Of a DNA stretch of 64,000 nt, positions 25,039 to 38,819 are shown in pieces (the stretch's first letter is position 1; every line of letters starts with the position of its first letter). The position numbers and the translations under genes were made by a program. The notes below the pieces were generated by a model that worked only from the letters and a program-made list of their open reading frames with translations, had not been told where the DNA came from and did not search any database. Source of the DNA: Penicillus capitatus (Eukaryota > Plantae > Chlorophyta); assembly GCA_965649825.1 (NCBI GenBank), contig OZ287696.1:1209981-1273980 (forward strand), given 5' to 3'.

Positions 25039-27185
25039 TCACCATCGAGCGACTCTTGACTTATACATGCTTTGGATCTCGTCAAATGTCAGTCCCTTTG
25101 TCTCGGGCAAGTAGATCCAGACAGCAATGAATCCGCAAAGGGCAAAGACAGTATAGATGAGAAAGGTGCCTGAGATACCCACGGCTTCGCTGATGGTCAG
25201 GAAACATTGAGAGACAACGAAATTTGTCAGCCAGTTTGCCGTGGCCGCTGCGCCTCCTGCCATGCCTCGGATCTCTGCTGGATAGATCTCTGCATTGATT
25301 GCCCACGGAACTGGACCCACTCCAGGAGCAAAGCAGAGCAAGTAGATGATCAGGAAAGAAATCAACCAACTCTGATAAGGATTTGGACAGCCAGAATCGT
25401 AGACGGTGTAATTTCCTTCAGGACATCGCGCCGCCGTCTCGCCGGCAACGACACAGATCCCATCGAAACCGCTCCCCGAAAGGGGGGACGTGCAGAAGGA
25501 GCAAGATTTCTGGAAAACAACACAGAGGCTATGATTTAGGGGAGACGTGGTCTCACTTCAGTGATGCCAGTGTTTAAGCATTCGTGGCAATTCGATGCGG
25601 AACAGAGGGACTGAGCAGGAAGATCGATTGGGTTGTGCAATACTTTACCACTCGTGCTTTCTCCCAGATGAAATGCCCAACTGGCTAACAGCAGCGATCC
25701 AAACACAGCACCCAAGCTGCTGAGCAGCAGCTTTCGCCGACCGTAACGGTCGATGCACCTTGGAATCGAAATTCAGACAGCTCCAGTAGCAGAGGAATGT
25801 ACCACATGCCGATCGCCGTCCCGACAGAATTCACAAAGGCAGGGAGGATAGACAGAAACAGTGCCTGGCGTTTGTCAACAAAACCAGCGATTTCGAGGAT
25901 CGTCGGGGTGTAGTACATAACCGTATTGATACCACAGAGTTGCTGCATAACCTGCAATCCGATCCCTGGTTCAAGAACCTCGACAGATCCTTCTTGGATC
26001 ACGATGGACGGATGACCTGTGCAAAGCTGCAGTCTGAGTTCAGGATATTTGCACGCTGCTTTCAACAGGTTTCTATCGGAATAGAGACCACTTTGCGACT
26101 CTGTCTGCATCTCTTCCTTTGCTTCATCGATCTAAGAAGGTGTGCAGGTCTTCTTTGGACAGCAGGGAAGTGCACCTCCGACCTCATCTTGAGGCATAAG
26201 CTGCCTCAATACTTTCTGTGCCTTTTGTCGATGGCCACTCAGGAATAGCCATCGAGGTGATTCAGGTAGCAGACACAGTGCAACAAACTGCAGCAGTGCT
26301 GGCACACCTGCAACTCCCAGCATCCATCTCCAAGTCCCGGGTACATAGGTGAAGAAGTAGTTCACAATGTAAGACACCAGTTGTCCTGAGCAGCACAGCA
26401 CCAGACCTGAATTTGACCCCGACAAGACGTGAGCTTTGCCTGTTGTGATCATCAAGACATTTCCTGTCACCAGGGATGCCCTGAGCGTGACAGGACTGCA
26501 CTCAGCGATGTATACGGGCACTGTAACGGAAGCCAGTCCCACTCCAAGACCCACAACTACTCGGCCTGCACCATCAGCTACGTTTGATCTCTGCCCAACG
26601 ATGTGTGTGACCTGTGATGAGAAGTGTGACGTTCTGAGCAGAGGCCATGAGTATGGCTCCAAGACAGAACACAGCATCGCCGACCAACAGTGTCTAAACT
26701 CAGTCACTCGACGCAAGGGGTTAAAGTCTGTCGAGATGCACTGTTCTTCGTCCGATCTTGTCGCTGAGCCATCCACCCATGGCTGCTCCACAACCTGCCG
26801 CGAGAATGGCACTGCTGACAATGAGTTCTTCCAGAAAATTCAAGATGTGTCGAGTGGGCTTAAATTTGTGCAACAGATCGTCTCTCATAAAAGGCAGCGC
26901 ACCAGAAATGACACCCGTATCGTAGCCGAATCTAAACCAATGCATTCATGATGTGACAGGCAGTAGAACTTACAAGAATCCTCCAATGCCGGCAGATAGC
27001 GTCAAGAGTGTGACCAACGCATTTTGGGGCCTGGTGTTGCACACAGTCGTCAATGCAATAACATCTCTTTGATTGGGAGACGTTAGCGGAGCGGCTCGCT
27101 TTTCAGACGATACAGCTAACGGATGCAAGCGAGGAAGAAGTTTCGCCTTCTCGTCTTTCGTTCCGCGCATGACTGTCGTCGCCAT
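25039..27185 (-). CDS. Inositol/polyol transporter (INT/HMIT-like MFS sugar porter)
   Basis: FL|[72 protein letters not shown] and PETKG. Confidence 0.95.
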
Positions 27186-27911
27186 CAACACGTCACGTCA
27201 AGCATTTCTCATTAACGAGTACACAGAGTGGACGGACCTCTGAAAAGGCCTGTCGAATCGCTCGAGTGTGATTAAAGTGGCTTTGTCGGTTGCTCTCTTC
27301 TATCGAATGCGTGGGGAGCTTTGGAGAGTATGCGTGTGTTAAACCAATGACTCGCCAAACTTCGTAGAAAACTAAAAGACGGCATCGCATTCGGTGGAAT
27401 CGTAGAAAAAGTGTTCGTTGTAACTATGTCCATCCAACACCATTCTGAGGGCCTGTTCCGTTATCTGGGCGTCAGTCAGACTGCAGCAGCAGCAGTTGTG
27501 TCTGCAAATTCATCCTTGTTGGCGTGCGTCTACGAACTCGCTCTTTACCTTCCTGCGGCGAAAAGTCATCGTCTCACCACACGTTGAAGAATCGGCGGAT
27601 GGACGCAGTCGTCGCTCATGTACTCTCACCATTCGTATGGAAGGACACAAAGTCTGCGACGCCGGAGAACACCAGCACCGGATTCACGTGGGAACCCAAT
27701 GGACGAAGTTGTGCGCCGTCACATCACAGTTGGCCATGGCAAAGTCGTCGTTGGTGTCACTCGCACAGCACAAGTGCTGTTTCAAAACGTTTTCTTGTGG
27801 CGACCGCATTGTTCTCATCTGTCGCCCGAAGAAAGCATCGTTTCTTGAAGGACAGACACGTCGCTCCATTGACTGCATTGCCTTTTGCGTTTCTCCGTTT
27901 CCGTATTCGTG

Positions 27912-30158
27912 ATGGCAAGTGAATCATCGGCATCAGATTCGAGGTCGAGCTCGCGGTCATCCCCTCGAAAGCGTCGACATCGTTCTCGCTCAGACGAACG
28001 GCGCAGAAGCGAACGCACACGTCGCGAACGACGTCGACGCGATTCGGCGTCACCTTCGTCGCCCCATCCCAGGTTTGATTGATTGTTTGCGAAGCAATCT
28101 CGTGCAACGAGCGTCGGCATGTTGGCAGAGATCGTTCGAGGCGCCGGACACCTCCACGCCGTCTTACGCCTGACCGTTCCCGTGAACCAAACCCACCTCC
28201 GCAGAAGGAAGCCCCTGCCCAACAGGATGGCGTGTCCGCGGCGGCAGCAGCAGCTCCTGCAAAGAGAGCCTCTCTACTGCAGAAGGGAGTTTTTGGCGGC
28301 ATCTATATTCCACCCTTCAAGTTGGCCAAGATGATGAAGGAATGCGAAGACAAGTCGGGAAAAGAGTACCAGAGACTCACATGGGATGCATTGAGAAAGA
28401 GCTTAAACGGAATCGTCAACAAGGTCAATGGCTCAAACATACGAGAAATGCTGCCTGAACTCTTTTCCGAGGTTCACTGACAACATATCCACTCTCCAAC
28501 GGATGTGATGATCTCTCTTCTGTGCAGAATCTCGTGCGAGGACGGGGACTGTTCTGCAGATCTGTCATGAAATCGCAAATGGCATCTCCGGCCTTCACAC
28601 CCGTCTATGCCGCCCTGGTGTCCGTCGTCAACACCAAGTTCCCCGAAATCGGTGAACTTCTACTCAAGAGGATCATCCTTCAGGTGCAACCGACGTCTTA
28701 GATCACATACCTTTGCTGATTCGCTATGGTGTAGTTCAAGAGATCGTACAGACGTAATGATAAGCCTGTTTGTATTGCCACTACGACATTTCTGGGTCAG
28801 TTGCTGAACCAGGGAGTGGTGCACGAGCTGTTAGCCCTCGAGTTACTTATGGTCATCCTGGAGAATCCAACGAATGACAGTGTCGAAGTGGCCGTATCGT
28901 TCATCAAGACAATCGGTGCCACCCTACAAGAAATCTCCCCACAGGGATTGCATTCCATCTTCGAGAGGCTGAGGGCCATTCTGCACGAGGGCGAGCTGGA
29001 GAAGCGCTGTCAGTTCATCATCGAAGGACTCTTTGCCGTACGCAAAGCAGGCTTTGTGAAATCTGGATTTCCCTCTCTACCAACTGAGCTCGATCTCGTC
29101 GAAGAAGAAGATCAAATCACGCACGAGATCGGCCTGGACGAAGAACTGAATCCAGAAATGGCATTGGATGTCTTCAAAGTCGACGATTCCTACGAAGAAC
29201 ACGAAAAGCAGTACGAGACCATTAAGCAGGAGATTCTGGGTAAGAAACAGGCTTTGCACACACAGAATGCAGTGCCACGGATACAGGTGGGGAGTCCGAA
29301 GACGAGAGTGGAGAGGGCGAGGAGGAGGAGGAATCTGAAACGGAAGAGGAGGAGGAGGGCGATGTCAAAATGAACATCACAGATATGACGGAGACGAATG
29401 AGGTGAATCTGAGACGAACCATTTACCTGACGATCATGTCCAGTCTGGACTTCGAAGAGGCAGGCCACAAACTGCTGAACATCAAGATCAACGAAGGCCA
29501 GGAATCCGAACTGGTCACGATGATCATCGAGTGCTGCAGCCAAGAACGAACGTACCTTAAGTACTATGGACTTCTGGCGCAGCGGTTTGCCTATCTGAAC
29601 ACGACGTATCAGGGACTCTTTGAGGAGTCCTTTGCTTTTCAGTACGCACATGTGCATCGTCTGGAAACCAACAAACTGCGCAACATTTCGAAGCTCTTTG
29701 CTCATCTTCTGGCGACGGATGCGATCAGTTGGAGCATCTTAGAGAACATCAAGCTGACAGAAGAGGACACCACATCGTCCTCCAGAATTTGCATCAAGAT
29801 TCTCTTTCAGGTAGCCATGCCACATTGTCTGTAGATGACATTCTCATGATACGTTGCTCTGTAGGAGCTGTCAGAGATTTTGGGATTGATTAAATTGAAT
29901 GAGAGACTCAGCGATGCAGAGCACCCGGGTTGGTTTGCTGGGATCTTTCCAAAAGACACCCCGCGTCACATGCGATTCGCGATCAATTTCTTCACATCCA
30001 TTGGGCTAGGCGGATTAACAGACACGATGCGAGAGGCCTTAAAGAAACTTCAGCAAGAGCAAGCGTTGAAGAAGATGCAAGAGAAACAAAAAGCAGAAGC
30101 TGCATCTAACAGCTCATCCGACACTTCAAGTGATGTATCATCAAACAGCTCTGTATGA
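27912..30158 (+). CDS. CWC22: Pre-mRNA splicing factor CWC22 (MIF4G + MA3)
   Basis: RS-rich N-terminus, [53 protein letters not shown] and [16 protein letters not shown]. Confidence 0.97.
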
Positions 30159-30185
30159 AATGAGTACGCGCAGGCAGTGCATTGT

Positions 30186-31598
30186 TTAAACTACATCTCT
30201 CTCTTTCTCATCCTCGATTGATGAAAGCACTGTACCGGCCACGATGAGCGCGCCGCCAATCCACGTTTCTTGGCCCAGTGTTTCGGTGCGGAAGAGTTGA
30301 GAGGCCAGCAGGGCTGACCAGAAGGGTGCCGATGCATAGAGCATCTACCAGAGCAAAATATCTATCGATCTGTGACAGGCAGAGTGATCGGTATTACTTG
30401 AGCGCGTGAAGGAGGGATGATCTGTTGTCCTCTGTTACGCAGAACAGTAGCGAGGGATTCAGGCCCGATCGTGATCCAAATGATCACTGCCCATTGCACC
30501 CATTGTCCAAAGCCAGGCCACAGATTTGTTAATGTCGCGGAGTTTCCCTCCATCTCTGATCATCACAGAGAAGGTGCACTTAGTGACGATGCGACAGGCG
30601 GCTGACCGGCGATGTCGGCTGACAGCCACAGTGCTGTGCAGGACAGGGTGACGAAAGAACCGCCAATAGCAAGTTGGGTCGGATCGAAATCTTTCACGAA
30701 AGCACTCAGACGTACAGTAGCGATGGCATACATGCATGCCGCCAGAAGAATGCATCCATCTCCAACCGCATCCACTGATGTCAAGATATCGGTATGCTGT
30801 GCGAAATCAAGTGTGACGCACAGGCTTCCTAACAGACTCATCGCGCATCCCAGCCAGCCTAATGGTAGAAGTATGTCCCCTGCAGAACGACAGCAGTTAC
30901 ATGGATTTCCAGCCAGGCACAGTTCTCTAGCCTGTAAAAGATGCGAGAGCAGGAGTAAAAACTGTCGTTGTGTGAATCAAGAATGCGGCAGAGGTCGCAG
31001 TTGTCAATGAAATGCCGATGGTGTGCAAGAACGCGCCACATGTCTCCCAGAGACCCAGTTCCAGGACAGACCATAGCAAAGAACCAGATTTCCATGTCAG
31101 CACCTTTCCCAAGGCCCCAAGTCGTGTATCAGTGACTCTTGTCTCTTCGACGGATTGCCTCGCTGCCTGCTGCGTTCCCCTTGTGAGCTGGAATGCAGTT
31201 AAGAGGAGCAAGGTAGAAAGCACTGCTTTCACAAAGCACAGGGTGGAAGGCAGTGGCCCCTCAGGCATTGAAAAAAGAAACCTGGTGGTCGGATCGTACG
31301 TACCCCACATAAATGCCACTAACAGGAGATACACATTCCCCCGGGATTGTTCTGAATCGAGTGGATTGTTTCCAGTCACATCAAGCTCTTCTTCTGTGAA
31401 AGGAGAGAGAAGCTCTTTTGCCTCTTTCAGACCGAGGCGCCTAATGCATTCTTCGTTGCGCACTCGAGGTACACGAGCCAAGGATATCCGATGAGAGCCT
31501 GAAGCGATGTTGCCCCGCCAGGCGAGACGGAGGTTGGTTACGGAGGAAATGTGTCGCAAGGAGCCGGTATAAGAGCTCAGCCGATAGGACGACAACAT
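30186..31598 (-). CDS. EamA/DMT-family transporter with plastid-type transit peptide
   Basis: LLLVAFMWGT, ELGLW, TTATSAAFLIHTTTVFTP, and last exon MLYASAPFWSALL..WIGGALIVAG. Confidence 0.85.
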
Positions 31599-33098
31599 GA
31601 AGAGTCACGTCTAATTTTGGTGCGTCGTATCTTTATACATACCAAGTCGTCTAGGCCTGGCTATCGCAGTAAGTTTCGCGGGTCGTCGCTCGCTTTCCGT
31701 CAGCTGGCTCGGGATATCGGACTGGAATCTATAGTTTGAGATTAAAGCAGTCACACAACATCTTCAGGACCCGCAGTCGCGAGTGTCGCTATTCTCATTT
31801 CAGACCATGAAAACCGGGTATGGGCATTATGCCATACCTCGAGCCGAATCATCAAAGATGCATTTTACTGCATCAAAAGTATGTATGATAGAATGTTTCA
31901 TTCGCCACTTCGACGTCCACAAGTGGGTCAAGTTAACAAATGAGTGAAGGGAACACACGACGCCCCAAGAAGAGTAAGAAGTCCACTTCATTGGGTATTT
32001 GGCCTCATTCTAGAGAACTCATCTTTCAAATGCTTATGTGTAATCGGTGTGCATATTTGGTTAACAAAATGTCCTTATGCTCAACGCGACCTTTAGAGCC
32101 ATCATGTAAGCAGACAAGGATACTCTCGATAGAAAACAACTTTGATGAGCTATCTATTTCTCTCTACTCATCTCCGGCATATAAAAGACGCAAACTCGGA
32201 AACACAAGGTTTTCTAAATACTGCAAGACATAAAGTATGCGACTTCATTTCTAAAAAACGCAGTAAGAATGTTCAAAAGGCGAAGACCATCCGAGGCAAG
32301 ACTATAACTCCCAATTTGTTCGCCCTTTTCCAGGCACTGTGGTCTTTTGATGCGGTCGGCAGATTCGATCCGCTTCGCCACTCCGACGTTCAGTGCTCTT
32401 CTGTCCAAAAACAAACGCAATCGGGACCCTTTTTACTGCGCTGACAATGTCATGCTTGACGTCTTAAAGACAGCTGATCGAATGACTCAAGAAAGGACAC
32501 AAAACACCGAGACGCTCGCACCTACGGATAAAAGAGCAACAGCGCTTCCAATGGGCAATATTGATAACGAAGCTCCGGACAACTCGGCAGTCGACACCAA
32601 AGAATATATCTCAATCAGTCTATCGGATTTCTTTAGATTGCCTTGGAGCACAGATCGCAACGAGAAGAGGCATTCTACGACAATTCTGGCCCGAGTCACA
32701 ATCCTTCTTCTGTGCTGTACTCTGATGTCCTTACGACTCACCCAACTCATCAAGAGGGTGCTCATGATGCGATCATTATTCATGTACACGCATTCTTTGG
32801 AGTAACTGGTGGATCAAAACACCATGTAAATGACGATGACTTGTTGAAAAAGTACAACGCCGAGGAGCATCCTGTATGGTGGAGATCGCTGATGTCGGAA
32901 ACCCGGCGGCACACAGAGAAGCCTAAATAAATGCTAACCAAAGACGTTCATTGTCAGTTGTCAGACCCTCGTTTGCCGCACATTGTCTGTCTGCTATGCT
33001 CCCTTTCCTCGACAACATGTACAACAAGATGCCGTTTCGTCTGCCCTTCGGTACAAGGATCTCTGCAACACAGAAGAACTGGATGTCTCCGAGAGACT

Positions 33099-34398
33099 CT
33101 AGTCGGTCGTCGCTTTCTGAGACTTCAAGAGATCTTTGAGTCGTAGAAGTCGCGAAGGATCCGCGTGTCTCTCGATCCAAGGATGATCAAAAATGCCTTC
33201 GAGCTGGAATCTGTCTGTCTGGCTCTTGCACAGTAGCTGAACACACATCGATCGCCATCCATCGCTATCGAGGACGGAACCCACCTTCAAGATCAGGTGC
33301 TGGACGTCGACATCGACTTTGGGTTCCAGTGGGAAACGGACGTCGACGTTGCGGATTCTGTGGTAAGTCCATTGAGGAGTGTGTTCTGCAAAGGGAGACT
33401 TCCCATAGAGGAATTCGTACAGGAGCACACCAACTGCCCACGCATCCACTTCACTGCCATAAGATCGCTTCTCCAGCAACTCTGGCGCCAAATAGTCCAC
33501 AGTTCCGCATATCGTTGTCCTCTTTGACTTCTTGTAGCGGATCGACCATCCAAAATCGCTCAGTTTCAATTCGCCGTGTGCGTCTATCAGTAGATTTTCG
33601 GGTTTCAGATCTCGATGAATGACACGCTGAGCTTTGCAAAAGGCCAGGGCGCTACACACCTGGATGAGATAGCTGCACACAGACACCCAATGGCAATACA
33701 ATCCTCAACAGTCCACAGCGTACTTTGCTGCCTTCCGTTGACTAAATGTTCGTTGTCTTCTTAACTCCGAAAACACATCGCCTTTCGGAGCATATTCCAT
33801 AATAAGGTATACGGAATCCTGTCCAGTCAGTCGTCCATAAATGGGAAGACGTGGATGGGATACGGCGGTGCCTTGTCATGAAACCAGGTGTATAGTTGGA
33901 TGATGTGAGGGTGCTTCAACCTCGATTGGATATCCACCTCGCGTCGTAGTTGACACTCAGCCTTGTGTGTCACCATGTATTGCTTGTTCATTCGCTAACC
34001 GCAGCAAAGATCCATCGATAAGACAGACATCTCGGTCGTGGAGCCACCTTGAGAGCGAGGATGAATTTGGACGTGCGTTCTCGGGCGACGTAGACGTGTC
34101 CGAACTTTCCTTCCGCCAATGGTTTGCCAATCTCGAAATCTAGAAGGGTCATCATCCCCGGCTCGTTGAGCGGCTGGTAGCTGTCTGGGAGATCCAGGGG
34201 ATGGCCTGGAAGCGTCCCCCGTCGCGTAGAGACGCGCTCTACAACGTCACAGGCGACTTGAAGGTCGTTTGGATCGAAGGCGGAAGCTGAACGAGTGTTG
34301 CCGAGAAACGTCTCCGTCTTCGGCGACGAAGCATTGGCTTCCTTCGATGGTCGCAGCGCCGCCGTGCCGTTCTCTGCCCCGGCGTCGCTTGGTTCCAT
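33099..34398 (-). CDS. Aurora-family Ser/Thr kinase
   Basis: [52 protein letters not shown] and TYHRIRNVD. Confidence 0.95.
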
Positions 34399-34893
34399 AG
34401 GAAGGCGACGATGACGATGACTGACAGAAATTCGAGTGCCTAAATGGAGGCGTCTCGACCATCAAGTGCGAGTTACGTTCGTACGACCTCCACTGTTACG
34501 GAGTCAATGGCCAATGCGTTGCGCTTCTGGACGTCCGCGTTGCCCCTTGAAGTCTAAACTGATCGACGACAGTCATCTTTGCGAATGCCGATCACCGCGT
34601 TGTTCAGTGCACGGTGAAGAAGTTCACGTCGTCCTCTACGCTGTACGTTCGTAAAAAGAAATGACGGGAAGTGTATTTCCATCTCTGTCGTTAAAAAGAC
34701 ATCGAGAAAAGCAAAGAGGAGATACCCAGACCGACCGACCGATCTGTGCGTCCTAAAGTCACAAATGATTGCCGTAAGAGAGAAAGTGCGTGCGGCATAG
34801 GAACTGGTCCGAGAACTAGTAGGAGAGAAGGAAGCACCTGTCAAGATCGGGAAACAATACAGGTATCCATGTCGAGCCATCACGTTACTTTAC

Positions 34894-35872
34894 ATTCGCA
34901 GCGTCTCAGCGAACAAACGATTCTGAATTTCACAGACGCAACGGCATCTGAGACAACCATACAAGTGGCTGAAGCAGATGCCATGAACAGATCTCTAAGG
35001 TTGGCAGAAGCGGAAAAAAGTCGCTCCCGATTCTGCGATACACCTCCTCCGATCAATTTTTTCAGGATGTCGCGTTGCGTTATCTGAAGTAGTCAGTAAA
35101 GTTTTGAAGGCAATGGTATTGGATGTTACCGCGGACAAAGATGAAGCAAGGAACTGACTGGATGAGCTGCTCCGGGAGTTCAAATCCGCCGAACTGGTGA
35201 CAGACGCCACTCCGCAGTCAGACATACCCTTTTCACCACGCCTTCCGAGCCGCCGATCGCAGAACCTTTCAACTTTTGTTCAATATCTCGGCCAGTCCTT
35301 TGCTGGATACGGATTCTGTTTCTATCACGTACAGAATCGACAAGTGGGAGAGTATTGGGCATATCGAGATGAAGCGAAGCGAGACGGTAAGTGACATGAC
35401 GGTTGAGTAGTCGGAAGCGGACCACGATTTGGAACCATTGCTCTATCGATTCGATTTCGTCTCTGTGGACGATGTCTCCGGACTCGTGGATAACAACAAC
35501 TGCAAGGATCTCTATCTGAGACTCAAAGGTGTCCTGACCAACGGTCAGCTCCCGGAGGAACATAATCTGTTCTACGAGATTGTTTCTAATAAAGACGAGC
35601 TGCTGGAGTCGACAACACACCCGTCAATCCCAGAGGGCTGGATACACAAAGCAGACATTTGCACTGCCATTTCAGGCACACTGTTGAAGATCTACACAAT
35701 GCCGAGCGTAGAAGAAGATAGGTTTGAGGAACGCATCAACTTATCAATGATCCCTCACGCGACACCGATGACGCGGTTGGATGGTAACACTATACATAAG
35801 AGGACGGACCATCGAGAAGAGACAGGCAGATTTTGTGAAACTGTATTTGGCCCGTGTAATGAAGATGTCTAA
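34894..35872 (+). pseudogene. Gene-like spliced sequence of unknown family with apparent lesions
   Basis: Exon-like blocks between GT/AG pairs. In-frame TGA at 35155-35157 in ARN*LDELLREF. Phases could not be joined cleanly. Terminal ORF 35429-35872. Confidence 0.3.
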
Positions 35873-36093
35873 TACTTCCCCCCATCGAAAACGCATTAAA
35901 CAGAAAACAGCCTCGCCAATGCTTTCTACGCACTTAGCTCTGTGTTTTGATTTTGGATGAAACACGTTGAGCGTCCTCTATTGAACAGTGGCTTGCTGAA
36001 GAATCTTTTCTTTACCCTTAAAGAATAAATATTCAATCAGAATGATGACCATCCCTAAAAACGTCGGACAGAATTGCGGAACTCGAATGCATA

Positions 36094-38796
36094 TCAGGCA
36101 TGAATTGTTAAGGATTCTTCGGCCGCAGGCATCCTTAACGATTCGGGATACATCAGATACCGTTTCGTAGAGATGTACGTGGTCAGACGCGATACAGCAG
36201 CAGAGGCGCTGGCGTCCTCCGTAACCATGTTCTGCTTCAGCCATTTGTCTTGGATAAAATTCAGCAGTTTGACGAACTGCCGACGATATCTCTCATGCAA
36301 GCTGCAACCTGCGATCTGTACGGCATACAGCATTTAAAAGCATCGTTGATGGATGTGCCGATTCGACCTTAAGAAAGAAACCGAGGCAATCGACTGTCAG
36401 CCTGTCGGGCGGGATGTTGTTGAGGAATCTGGAAAGGTAACTCCAACCGGCATTGGCTCCGTGTGCGTCATGAGCTGGAGCAATCTGCATGGTCCTGTCA
36501 CTTTGGGCTCGATGGAATGAGGAAACGCACCGCAATGAGTGCAGCGTTGAAGAAGAAGAGGCCTTCATGCTTCTTGAGATATCGATCGTCTTTCTGCACG
36601 TTGTTTTGAGGTCCTCCATCAGTCTGATCGAAATGCATGTTATGCTCGTACTGACTTCTGTCGTGTGGACACATCCGATCATAGCTCCAGTGGATGGGCA
36701 CGGTAAGGGGAGACGCCTGCGACGGATAACCAGTCATATCTCTTCACGATCCATCGCCACGGACAAGGGGTCATACCTTGTGGAGATGGGCCAGGACGAG
36801 TTTGCGCAACTCTGGATATTCGTCGAAGAGATTATTGGCGACATGAGCCAGCGGAATGGCTGATGCCTCGTTCAGGTTGAAACAGCGATTGACGATGTAC
36901 TTCGCCAAGCGACTGAAGCAGAAGAGCTTCACTTCAATGTCCACATGATTACTCAGGAACGCCAGAATAACACCCGTTTGTGTTTCCACCTGTTTTCGCT
37001 AGCATTATCGATGGAATGGGAGGCGAAAGGCTTGACCTGTCGGTGAGAACGTGAGATTTGGCCAACGCTGACTTTGAAGACTTTGTCGATGGCGCGTCGT
37101 TCCTTGTCCGGCGTGCGCGCTTCGTAGTCCAACAGCTTTTCCGCCAGAACATCTAGATAGCCCTTGTAGACGAATCTCCACCTCAGCGCATGGACAGATG
37201 CCTTCCGAACAATTCCTCCCTGTCGAGCACGGCTGGTTCATGTAAGTGATGTGACGGCCGGCTGCTTTAAGACCTGGTGCACAGTTTGACTGCCGTTGGA
37301 CGAACTGTGGCGCTCTGTTTGAGAAAGCGAATCTCCAGTCGACGAAGACGGTTCTACGGATCTTCTGATCTCCGAGTCTTCTGTCGTCAGAGTCGAGAAA
37401 TCCGATAGAGGTGGCTGACGCTGCGATGTGGTGGAGGATGTCATTGTGAAGCCTTCGAATCCGGGAGGACAAAGAGCTTGTTCCGGCAGTAGCGAAAAGC
37501 CTTGATCCCCTTCCGCTGCTTGCACGAGCGGATCAGTTCTTCCTCTACGGAAGCCACTGGTCGGAAGGAAGCTCAGACAAGACCAGCAGTCTGCATCAGA
37601 GGATTCGTCCTGAAGTTCCACTTTTCCAACTTCGTCGCGTTTTGTCACATCTTCGTCATGACTCTCCACATCGATCTTCTGTTCCACCGATGATGTGACT
37701 TGATCGACAGATTCTTGAGTGTGCGACTCAGCGAGGTGCGTGGGTGACGATACGAACGTCGAGTCTTCTTCGTCCGGGTATTCCGTCTCTCCTTCCTCGA
37801 TGGTCTTCGAAGTTGTGCGGTCATTGGAAAGTGCTTTGTTTGTTCCACTATCTGGCTGCACAGTAGATGGATGCGTGGAATCGCTCGCCCTTTCCTCTTG
37901 ATCTTCGATTTCACTCACACACACATCGGAATCTGAATTCTCTGCGTGCTGCTGAATGTCCAATTGGTCGATCACTTGTTCCGGCGTCGTTCCCTGGGCG
38001 TCGTCACCTTTGCTATGGGTATCGCTATCTATCTCAGAGACATCGTGAACGCGGCCCATCTTCTCCCCATGACGCTTTCCTGGACTGTCGCTGTCTGTCT
38101 GTTCAGTCAAATGGTTATCATCTGCTGCACAAGACGACCCTTCATCACGTTCTTTTTCTTCGTTTGTGGCTTTATCTGGTTTGTCTTCTTCGCGCTCGCA
38201 AGTCTGATCCCTCCCTTCCATCCCCTCATTCTGCACATCGCAGATCGTCATCACTCGATGGGCGTTATAGATGACAACATCACAAGGCTTACGTCGAGTG
38301 GCATCGAAAACAGTTCCTCCAAAAAAGGGCTGTGCGGGCGACTGTGATCGAGATCCGTCCCCTCGACTTCGAAACAACGGCGCTCGATATCGTAGAATTC
38401 AGGACACGACATTCTTTCCAACCCTTCTTCGCCCAACACCACATCTGGACGACTGCTTTGACTCGACTTCGCCTTGGTCAGCAGCTCCTTCTGCGACGCG
38501 GGACTATTGATATCGCTCAAGACATCATCGGCCTCGTCGCCAGAAGTCATCGACATTGAAGCATCCGTGTCGCTCAGCGGATAACTCTCCAACGCCGAAG
38601 GCACCGAAGCAGCGCAGCTGAGACAGTCGTACCCTTGAGACGACAGCTGTGAAGGTCGGCGGTCCTCGACGTCGTCACACGCTAGTCGTGTCAGCGCCTC
38701 ATGTGCATTCTCTCCCTTGAGGCGAACCACCTCCGAAATCAGTTCCTTGCTGAAGAGTGGAAACTGGAGAGAGAGCGTCTCTGTTGTGTCCGACAT
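36094..38796 (-). CDS. GLE1: mRNA export factor GLE1 with long acidic N-terminal region and CUE-like first domain
   Basis: C-terminal GWSYLSRFLN..LGFFLK, AGCSLHERYRRQFVKLL and PESLRMP match GLE1. ORFs 38251-38796 and 37238-38377 join to it in phase via GT-AG introns. Confidence 0.8.
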
Positions 38797-38819
38797 GCTT
38801 TAGCAAAACGCCTGTGCGA

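Noticed and set aside
31740-32930. Possible transposase remnant
   Set aside because: AT-richer, stop-riddled sequence with no DDE, RT or other motif recognised.
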